From the IMG/VR virus record IMGVR_UViG_3300032286_001377, positions 1-64,000 of that record: 64,000 nt of DNA. One strand, 5' to 3'. The notes beneath the pieces are model-generated. The model saw only the letters and a program-made list of their open reading frames with translations, had not been told where the DNA came from and did no database searches. Source of the stretch: a virus. Shown piece by piece: positions 56,177 to 64,000 of this stretch; within the stretch, counting starts at the first letter, position 1, and each line of letters opens with the position of its first letter. The translations under genes were made by a program, and so were the position numbers.

Positions 56177-59100
56177 TTATTCTTCCCCAGAATCTGGACG
56201 TATATTGCTGTAATTAACTATATAATTTGGAGTAGTTCCAAAGAGTCCCATCTGATACTGTTGTAGTCTATTTAAAGGAACCCAAGATGGAGGAATCCAA
56301 TTTGGAGTACTGTTAACCGAGTAAACATCAATGCTATTATAATGCTTAACAACAAAATTTGGAGTAGCAATAGGATTAGAATTCAACTGCGTTGCTGGCA
56401 TAAAAGCCGAAGGCAATGCTGAAGCTTCGTTCGCATAGTGTATATTGTCATATTTTTCATTCCAATAAGCTATATCACCAGTTATAGTAATGTTAGAAGC
56501 CAAAACAGTTTCCCCTAATGCAGCCAGTTTTGTCTGTATCTGGTTTGCTGTTTCATTTATTTCAACGGAAACAAACCATATTCCTGGATCACTTGCATCG
56601 CTATAGCTATTTATAGTTTCAAAAATATTAAAATATCCATTTGAGTCAGTTTGAGTATACGAGTAGCTTGCAGTGTTGAAAAGGTCATAGAGAGTTCTAG
56701 CTTTTCTATATTTGATAGCAACAGAAGCCAATAGTGGATTATCTTTCCAATAAATTTTTCCAACTATTGCAAGCTTGCTAATTCCATCTGTATCTACAGT
56801 AAATCTAAGTGGAGCCGCTTTAACTTTAAGATCAAAGGTTTTATCACGTATAATCTTATATGTTAACTGCTGAGAATAGCCTTGAGTCATACTATTGGCC
56901 GAGCTATTAGGAGTGCTGTTGGATAGCCCATTGGGTGTAGCAGAGCCGATTCCAGAAATATTAATTGTTCCACTAGAAGTTGTTGACAATATAGAACCAT
57001 TATATCTAACAGTTGTTTTAGCAAAACCATTATCATTAGTTGTCACATAAGGATCTGCTACCAAAATATCATTGCCACTAATATAGAAAGTTTGACCTGG
57101 TTTTAAGTTTCCATTTGTATCATAAGAGATAATAGATAGGTACATTAAATCATTAGAGGAATCAGTAATAAAATTGGGAGACAGATAAGCGGAGATTGAA
57201 CTGAAATTGAACTCATCTTTGGTAAGATAAACATATCCTTCACTAATTGGTGAGTCAATCTGACTTAAATTCAATCCACTATCAATAAAGTTATCCTTAT
57301 ATGAATTCTCATAAGTCACATAATAATATGAATTAGTTGAAGGCGTTGTACTAAAGTACGCTTTGGACTGGTAGTCATCTATTGAACTATTATAAACATC
57401 ATTCTCAACGTAGAATGCATCATTCACATAATAAACAACTTCATATTCTCTATCTACAACAGATGGAGTTGCCTGACTAAAAGGCGAAATAACATTCGTA
57501 CTGGAAGATAAGTTGCTAAATAACCGCTTACCAGTATATACATCAGTGACTGAAGCATTCTTGATATTTTGGTAAGACAGATAAAGAGAATTACTCTTTC
57601 GACCCAAAACTGTTTCCGTATTATAGAATGATCCATTACCTGGAGTAGATGAGTCCTCGAATACAAGATTTCTATACTCCTTACCTCCAACATTAGCGAT
57701 AATGGGTGCACCTTTTCTTGGAGAATTTGGTAGAGTTAAATCAAAGAATCTTCCATTATATGTTGCTGTCTCAGGATTAACATAAATGTATTGATCTTTT
57801 TCCTTAATATAAATCCAACCAGCATTAACGCCTAATCTATAATCATTTCGTCTAACTTCATCTGCTTCTGAATATATATCAACTTCAACATTATTTAAGT
57901 CACTATCACCCAAACTAGGAACTATACCATCTACCAGATATTCTTTAACTATTTTAATTTCTTGATCAGTTAAAACTCTTCTCCATATTGCCACGGCAGC
58001 CAATTCCATATCAGCATATCCTGAGTTGTTATAATACTGAGAGCCAATAGTCAGAGGAGTGTTACTGCTTAAAGTCCCTATAGTTGAGTCTGTAGCAGGG
58101 ACGCCCATTGTTGTATTAGCGTAAACATAGGTAGTGTCTTTTGAAACATTTCTTATACCAGTATGTGCCATTAGTGACCCAGCAACATAACCTGGGTTAG
58201 ATGCCCCTCCAGAACCACCTGCGCCTGATACGAAGTTTAGAGCAGCTACGCCAGTGTTTGCTTTAGAGAGGTAGTATCCACCAGTCGGATCCCACTTCAT
58301 AATAAAGCGTTGATCTGTTGCAGGCACTGACCAAGATCTTGCTACAGCCATAAGTGTAAATGAATCATTTAAACCGAAGTTCACAAGGTCATTATTGGGA
58401 ATAATAAAATAATCTGCCGCACCAGCGTCTGCGCCAAAAATCCAAACAGATCTACCACCATTAGCCTTAGATGGCATAACTACCATTCTACGACCAGTAG
58501 TTCCTCTATTCATAGTTACTAATTGGCCGGTATTGCAAGTAAAACTAACCTGTGCCGGATAAGTGATTGAATCAAAGTCAACATCTAAAACTGGATTACC
58601 AGCAAAAGAATCTGTATTCCAAATTTTTGCCCGATAATACTTTCCCTCAGGTCCAGCTAAGCCCGTATTAGAAGCTGCTATATAATTAAACGCAGCGTTC
58701 GAACGCAAAGACAATGCCGTACCACCAGGGTTAGCTGTTACAACAGTATCAAAAAGTGTCCAGTTTACGCCATCTAATGAAGTATAAAATTTCACGGTAT
58801 GCTGGAAAGTTGTATTGTTTATTGTGAGGGTAGCGCCAAACCACGCCTTAGTTCCAATTGGAATATTATGACCCTTAGTGGCGTAAACTAAACGAGAAGT
58901 TGTATCCGCACTAGAGGTGTAAGAGAAAAACATATTAGGACCAGGGGGTGTGCCTCCATTAAATCCTATTGAGTAGTTAGTAACCGAACTATCTACGCCC
59001 GATTGTCTCTTTCCTATAAGAGCTTTAGGACTAGCTACATATGTCTCAAAAGGTCTAATCTGCACGGCTAATGCAATATTGCCAGTAATATCAGTAGACG

Positions 59101-62100
59101 ACCCCACTGCTGATGGTATTGTGGCACCATTAGTGCCAGCTGAGATACTAGGTTGATAGAAATACCCTTTGTCCTCAACATCCAATAAGGTTGGATCAGT
59201 GTTAATCACATTGGTGCCATTAATCGTTACGACACTCTTATATATTGAATCTTCATTGAACTCAATTGTCCAATCTTTTTGCTTAGAAAAATCTGCATCA
59301 AAGACGGTAGGACCACCAATTCCGCCACGAATAATGACTCTATACAAAGAGCCATTAATTACACCGGCACCGCTGTCACGAGATCCAATTTCCAAATTAC
59401 CCGTTGATGCAGGTAACGAAACTGTTGGATTTAAAGTTGTTGTTCCAACTAATATCCAAGAATTCGGCTCTAAATCTTGACTTGAATAATTAGCATAAAA
59501 ATTAACAATACCTGTACTTCTAACTCTAGTAATTTTTATCCACTGAGTTTTTCCAGCGATGATAGCTCCACTATATGTATCTATCTCTGACCAAAAACTT
59601 CCAGTCCAATATCCAAATTTAACCTTACTAGGATCTGGATTAGCAAGAAGGACCCTATATGCTCCACTCTTTGAGAGAATGCTAACATCTGAAGTTAATG
59701 TATTTAAGTTTAATTTGAAAACTATTTCAATATCACCAGTAACATCAAGTCCATTATGATCATAAACACCTGCATAGTTGGATGTAATTCCAGGAAGATT
59801 AAGTGCACCATTTCGAATATGTGCTGAGCCAACATAAGACATAGAGCCAACCTGTGCGTCTAATACTGTGCCACCAGTACCAAGGTTGCTTATCATCTGA
59901 GCATTAAATGAAGCCGACTTAGCGTCTAGGTAGAGGACCGCATCTTTAAGTGGCGTAACCTTATGGCTCAATGAATTAGGATCTGCGGCAAAAGCTGTAT
60001 TCAAATCAGAAACAATTGCATCATTGCTATAGGTAAAAGAATCTATATAGTTAGGTGTAGTATTGAATTTAACCGAATCTACAATATAAGGAGTTGCAGC
60101 AGCTAGACCAAATGAGTTTCTATTTAAAGTAACTGTTTCTAAAAATTTATCTTCCAACAAGAATGAATTATTATATTCTTCCTCGTTCTTAAATACTCTA
60201 TTATTTTCGTCCAAGAAACCATAGAAGGTATTAGGTGCGGTTTCTGCTTCAAAATGTTCATAATTAGTTCTAACAAAAGGATATAAAACGCTATCTTTTG
60301 TATAGACATCAATATAATAAGGAGTAGATGAGAAGTTGATAGTAGCTTGATCAAAATAATCAGGACTTGCACTAACAGCTCCAGATAGATTACGAGGCTG
60401 CCATAAAATATTTGGAGAAGAAGGCACCAAATAGGTATCATCACTAATCGGATCTGTCGAATAGCCACCAGTAGCCTCAACATTTGAAGAGCTACCATAT
60501 GTAGGATATGATTTAATTTTATTAGGAGAAATAAATAAATACTGCGGAGTCGCCTTTTGATGCTTTAAAACTGTTTGCTTAACAAGTTCTTCTATTTGAA
60601 TAAGCGCATTAGAAACTCCGCCAACATTTAAAGTATTTGGAGTATTTAAAGCAATAGTGCCTTTATAAGTGTCAGAATTAAAAGACGCCTGCTTAGTTAC
60701 GTAAACATTTGAACCTAAATACAGACCCGCATTATATCTATCCAGATTAGGGGTAGACAAAGTCATCGTTGTACCAATTGTTGGATTAGATTTCCATATA
60801 GGTGTAGAACGACTAAAGTCTATCTTATAATTACCAACTGAAAGATTAGTATATGTTGGACTAACGCCTGTTGTAGTTAATGACCTTCCAAAAATAACAT
60901 TAATTGAAGCGGCCTCTGCAATATTAATGCTATTCTGCTTAGAAGTCCTTGTTGAATTGTAGTATCTCTGATTGAAAACCTTATCCCTGAATTCTAATTC
61001 AGCCAAAGTCATCCCTTGCTGATCAAATATTGGGATATAAGTGTACTCAGGGCTTGTTGGACTATTGGAAAGAAATTGATTACCTACAATAAAATCACTT
61101 CTATTATTATAGTTTAAATTTGCATAGAATGTAGATGGTGTAGCATAGTTGCCGTGGTTAGGCATGCTGATCTCATACACGACACCTGCTTGAACCTTTG
61201 ACGAATCATAATCTGCAACTGTAGCAAGATAATTGAAATACCAAGTATAATCTACTACTACTGGAGCATAAATTGTATTCGTGCTAATTGCTTTAAATCC
61301 AGAAATTTTAATGTTTCCAGAAAAAGAAACGGTTGAAGCTTCAGCTGGATATATGTCCACCATCGCATCATCAAAGTCTCCAACTCCAGGCTGATAAAAT
61401 GAACCCAATGGACTTGAAGCCTCATCATATACAGCTGGAATTCGAGAAACGCCCTCGCCATTTAACCCGGCATAATCCCAAAGTCCTTCATCCCACTTTA
61501 CATAGCCAATGTTAGATGGATATTTAAAGTTGAGATCTTCAACTAACTGTCTGAACTGCTGGGTGGGTTGTCCTGCATCAGTGAAATATGGTGTAGAGTT
61601 TTCAATATCTGATATCTCTAATATTTCTGGAGTCGCACCTGAGTAATCTGAATTTGGAGTAGCGCCATATGCTCTCCAAATGTCTAACTCTCGCCGCAGA
61701 GTACGCTTAAGAGCCTCATTTGATACCCCCGGCATATTTTTAGTTACATCTAAAATCCTTTTCTTATAATTAGAGTTAGATTCTAAATAAAGTCTTGGCA
61801 AGCTGACTCTTGCGCCAAACTCGTCAAAGTCATTAAAAATATTAATTGCTTCTTGGGTATATGAAATATCATTGACTTTAAGAGATGAAAACTGACGAAG
61901 AGTAAAAAGCTGTCTATCAACAGGACTATAATAGAAAGAATAATCGGTTGATCTACCATCCATTAGATCTGCGAAAGATCCAACCCTGGCAAGCTGGACA
62001 CTATCTCCTGATATTAAATTTATATTTTGAGGCACATTATATGCAACAAACATCCACGCAGTCATATCTTCATCTGCGCTAGCTATAAAAGAATCAATTG

Positions 62101-62851
62101 AATTTAATTCAACATCTGACTGATAATCGTCAAGACTTTCTTGTAGAATTGCAGTCAAAAACTTTCCACCAACAGACTGTGGAATAGCTAAAGAAGGAGT
62201 AGCAGGTTCGACAGAATCTTCAAAGATAGAAGTCCAGCTCGGAAATCTTTTTAATACGCTTCTAACAGAAGAGGAAATAACAGGTGAAACTGGATCATAA
62301 ATTCCAACTTCTAAATAGAACAATAAACCAACTGAACTTAAATCAACATCTTGAGTAAAAATCTCTAGTTCAATCTTAACAAACGGTTTTGCATTCTTGA
62401 TAAAAACAATATTAGAATCTGAAGAAACAGAAGATCTTAACCAGGGTCCAGCACTTGAATCGGATTCATAAAAGCTTATAGTAAAAGAAGGAACAATCAC
62501 ACCTGGAAGATTAGTGAAAGTATGACGATATGTAAGAATATCTATCCTGGAAGTAGTGTCAATAAATCTTCTCAATGAAGGAGTAGCTGGTTCGTAAATA
62601 ACCTCACCAACATCTGTCTTATGAGTAACATTAGAACTATACGGAGTTGCATGAATTCCAGTGTAAGACGGTGAAGTTACTTCAGTCCCAACATATGTTC
62701 TATCCCCTATAAGATTAAGACCATAAGCTGATCTGCTATAGGAATAGTTTTTAAATTGTGAATTTGAATATAGGTTAATAGGATTACTAGTCCAAATATT
62801 ATTTGATTTACTAAAATCTGAACTTTTAAGCAGTAATAAATATTGCTTCAT
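56177..62851 (-). CDS. Large baseplate/tail protein with inserted LamG-like cassette
   Basis: Baseplate-like FDEFG...L.RLYLESN..YKKRIL; an internal ~670-aa cassette homologous to the 37416..43685 protein; many xTP motifs. Confidence 0.65.
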   Translation of the reverse strand: MKQYLLLLKSSDFSKSNNIWTSNPINLYSNSQFKNYSYSRSAYGLNLIGDRTYVGTEVTSPSYTGIHATPYSSNVTHKTDVGEVIYEPATPSLRRFIDTTSRIDILTYRHTFTNLPGVIVPSFTISFYESDSSAGPWLRSSVSSDSNIVFIKNAKPFVKIELEIFTQDVDLSSVGLLFYLEVGIYDPVSPVISSSVRSVLKRFPSWTSIFEDSVEPATPSLAIPQSVGGKFLTAILQESLDDYQSDVELNSIDSFIASADEDMTAWMFVAYNVPQNINLISGDSVQLARVGSFADLMDGRSTDYSFYYSPVDRQLFTLRQFSSLKVNDISYTQEAINIFNDFDEFGARVSLPRLYLESNSNYKKRILDVTKNMPGVSNEALKRTLRRELDIWRAYGATPNSDYSGATPEILEISDIENSTPYFTDAGQPTQQFRQLVEDLNFKYPSNIGYVKWDEGLWDYAGLNGEGVSRIPAVYDEASSPLGSFYQPGVGDFDDAMVDIYPAEASTVSFSGNIKISGFKAISTNTIYAPVVVDYTWYFNYLATVADYDSSKVQAGVVYEISMPNHGNYATPSTFYANLNYNNRSDFIVGNQFLSNSPTSPEYTYIPIFDQQGMTLAELEFRDKVFNQRYYNSTRTSKQNSINIAEAASINVIFGRSLTTTGVSPTYTNLSVGNYKIDFSRSTPIWKSNPTIGTTMTLSTPNLDRYNAGLYLGSNVYVTKQASFNSDTYKGTIALNTPNTLNVGGVSNALIQIEELVKQTVLKHQKATPQYLFISPNKIKSYPTYGSSSNVEATGGYSTDPISDDTYLVPSSPNILWQPRNLSGAVSASPDYFDQATINFSSTPYYIDVYTKDSVLYPFVRTNYEHFEAETAPNTFYGFLDENNRVFKNEEEYNNSFLLEDKFLETVTLNRNSFGLAAATPYIVDSVKFNTTPNYIDSFTYSNDAIVSDLNTAFAADPNSLSHKVTPLKDAVLYLDAKSASFNAQMISNLGTGGTVLDAQVGSMSYVGSAHIRNGALNLPGITSNYAGVYDHNGLDVTGDIEIVFKLNLNTLTSDVSILSKSGAYRVLLANPDPSKVKFGYWTGSFWSEIDTYSGAIIAGKTQWIKITRVRSTGIVNFYANYSSQDLEPNSWILVGTTTLNPTVSLPASTGNLEIGSRDSGAGVINGSLYRVIIRGGIGGPTVFDADFSKQKDWTIEFNEDSIYKSVVTINGTNVINTDPTLLDVEDKGYFYQPSISAGTNGATIPSAVGSSTDITGNIALAVQIRPFETYVASPKALIGKRQSGVDSSVTNYSIGFNGGTPPGPNMFFSYTSSADTTSRLVYATKGHNIPIGTKAWFGATLTINNTTFQHTVKFYTSLDGVNWTLFDTVVTANPGGTALSLRSNAAFNYIAASNTGLAGPEGKYYRAKIWNTDSFAGNPVLDVDFDSITYPAQVSFTCNTGQLVTMNRGTTGRRMVVMPSKANGGRSVWIFGADAGAADYFIIPNNDLVNFGLNDSFTLMAVARSWSVPATDQRFIMKWDPTGGYYLSKANTGVAALNFVSGAGGSGGASNPGYVAGSLMAHTGIRNVSKDTTYVYANTTMGVPATDSTIGTLSSNTPLTIGSQYYNNSGYADMELAAVAIWRRVLTDQEIKIVKEYLVDGIVPSLGDSDLNNVEVDIYSEADEVRRNDYRLGVNAGWIYIKEKDQYIYVNPETATYNGRFFDLTLPNSPRKGAPIIANVGGKEYRNLVFEDSSTPGNGSFYNTETVLGRKSNSLYLSYQNIKNASVTDVYTGKRLFSNLSSSTNVISPFSQATPSVVDREYEVVYYVNDAFYVENDVYNSSIDDYQSKAYFSTTPSTNSYYYVTYENSYKDNFIDSGLNLSQIDSPISEGYVYLTKDEFNFSSISAYLSPNFITDSSNDLMYLSIISYDTNGNLKPGQTFYISGNDILVADPYVTTNDNGFAKTTVRYNGSILSTTSSGTINISGIGSATPNGLSNSTPNSSANSMTQGYSQQLTYKIIRDKTFDLKVKAAPLRFTVDTDGISKLAIVGKIYWKDNPLLASVAIKYRKARTLYDLFNTASYSYTQTDSNGYFNIFETINSYSDASDPGIWFVSVEINETANQIQTKLAALGETVLASNITITGDIAYWNEKYDNIHYANEASALPSAFMPATQLNSNPIATPNFVVKHYNSIDVYSVNSTPNWIPPSWVPLNRLQQYQMGLFGTTPNYIVNYSNIRPDSGEE

Positions 62852-62866
62852 CTATAATCCTTTAAA

Positions 62867-64000
62867 TTAATCTAACCAAATTGAATACTCTGAAGTAACA
62901 CCTTGCTCAGGGTGAATGTACATTAAATGTTGAGATGGACGACTCATTGAATTAAAATACTCTTGAGCATACGTATTATAACTTTCTGGGGACCCAGAAA
63001 CTCTCAAAACAGTAGTACCAATAGACATTTTAAAACTCTGATGATAGTGACCCATGAAAACATCATCAAAATGCTCGGGGATGGCACCATCTTTCCATCC
63101 AAAGATTCTTTTATAGTAACCACTGACAGAGCTAGGATGAGGTAATTGATCCCCATGGATTAAAAGTGTTTTATAATTACCTATCGCATCCACTGCATAC
63201 CAATTTCTTTCTCCTCTTCCATCAGGAATGTTGAAAGTTATTCTAGGTTCTTTTGTGAAAATTAAATTGACAATCTTATATAAGAGCCTATCCATATTAG
63301 TTTCAGGATCATACTGTCGCCTATTTCTTCCACCTACTGAACCATGGTTGCCAATCACCCCAGTAACATGAACATGTTCGAAGTTCTCTAACGCAGTACT
63401 TAAAAAGTTGCCTAATATTTCAGGACCATTAACACCAACTTGACGATACAAGCCAGAATCAATAAGATGACTCTGACCAGGAAAAATTTCTTCACCCTCA
63501 ACAATATCGCCTAACAGCCAAACATGTAAATCATTTACAGGATGATGAGCTCTTTGAATCTCAGTGATCTCTAATAATTTTTCAGTATATTGCTCAATTC
63601 TCTGGGCAGCTACTTCAGAATTGTAATCAGGAGTAACTTTCCCCAGTTGCCAATCAGCAAAAACTGCAACAGCTGTCTCTGAAGCTTTTGAACTTTTTGG
63701 AAAAGAAGGTCTTTTAATCTTAGGCAGATCAAAATTACTAAACGCATCAAACGCTGCACGATACACTGCAAAAGAAGCTTCTGTATTTACGTTCTTATAA
63801 CGATCTGCCAATCTGCCAAGTCTTTTATTCTCTGCTCTAAGAAAATCAACAGTAGAAACTTCTTTAATATCCGCTTCAACTAGATCTTCTTGATCAATTT
63901 CATCAGCCCACTTTTCTAGAACATAGGCCCTATCTTCGTTAGACGCACCTTCTTCAATTGAGGAAAGTGAATCTAATAAATCACCAACACCATCTAAACC
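62867..64000 (-). CDS. Calcineurin-like metallophosphoesterase (5' end beyond the window)
   Basis: ADWQLG, LGDIVEG, GNHG, IHGD, MGHYH; the frame stays open from 63811 to the window edge. Confidence 0.8.
   Translation of the reverse strand, partial: GLDGVGDLLDSLSSIEEGASNEDRAYVLEKWADEIDQEDLVEADIKEVSTVDFLRAENKRLGRLADRYKNVNTEASFAVYRAAFDAFSNFDLPKIKRPSFPKSSKASETAVAVFADWQLGKVTPDYNSEVAAQRIEQYTEKLLEITEIQRAHHPVNDLHVWLLGDIVEGEEIFPGQSHLIDSGLYRQVGVNGPEILGNFLSTALENFEHVHVTGVIGNHGSVGGRNRRQYDPETNMDRLLYKIVNLIFTKEPRITFNIPDGRGERNWYAVDAIGNYKTLLIHGDQLPHPSSVSGYYKRIFGWKDGAIPEHFDDVFMGHYHQSFKMSIGTTVLRVSGSPESYNTYAQEYFNSMSRPSQHLMYIHPEQGVTSEYSIWLD

Noticed and set aside
37416-62851. Diversity-generating retroelement targeting the fibres
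   Set aside because: No reverse transcriptase is present, and I saw no near-identical template/variable repeat pair differing at adenines; the repeats are diverged protein-level duplications.
6888-63145. Numerous short plus-strand and nested minus-strand ORFs in the track (e.g. 9214..9612, 14793..15230, 33020..33385, 34886..35233)
   Set aside because: They overlap well-supported minus-strand genes and lack recognisable motifs, so they are treated as shadow ORFs.
1-64000. Stop-codon reassignment
   Set aside because: Long genes are intact in the standard code, and TAA, TGA and TAG all serve as stops in tightly packed operons.

Overview
This is 64 kb of a large, AT-rich tailed dsDNA phage genome in the standard genetic code. 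Nearly all genes are on the minus strand. The host is plausibly an actinobacterium, inferred from an r1t-type holin, DnaE, a monomeric class II RNR, and an apparently leaderless gene. In window order it holds: a collagen-repeat fibre (truncated); a tandem pair of HiPIP-like 4-Cys proteins; a sugar-modification operon (GT17, GT2, two SAM methyltransferases, an esterase, RmlC, RmlD) led by two tRNA-Ser genes; two paralogous M15-type endolysins; a run of about eight tiny Lys/Arg-rich proteins; a replication and nucleotide block (dNMP kinase, RNase HI, sigma factor, several PD-(D/E)XK nucleases, DnaE, AEP primase, HD protein, DnaB, NDT-like enzyme, SNase, dCMP deaminase, ThyX, NrdJ) with three further glycosyltransferase-like genes embedded; a holin; a ~27 kb block of large tail/baseplate proteins; and a metallophosphoesterase (truncated). 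The most notable observations are: (1) recursively nested LamG-like domains in a 2089-aa fibre, with the same cassette inserted in a second structural protein; (2) glycosyltransferases inside the nucleotide/replication block, a candidate DNA hypermodification system, plus a separate candidate virion-glycosylation operon and a Thr-Pro-studded structural protein; (3) a lone plus-strand, leaderless, acidic 57-aa gene missed by the ORF track; (4) a recurring intergenic TTACTATA motif that may be the phage-sigma late promoter; (5) paired HiPIP-like proteins. All family calls are by eye from motifs; no database searches were run.
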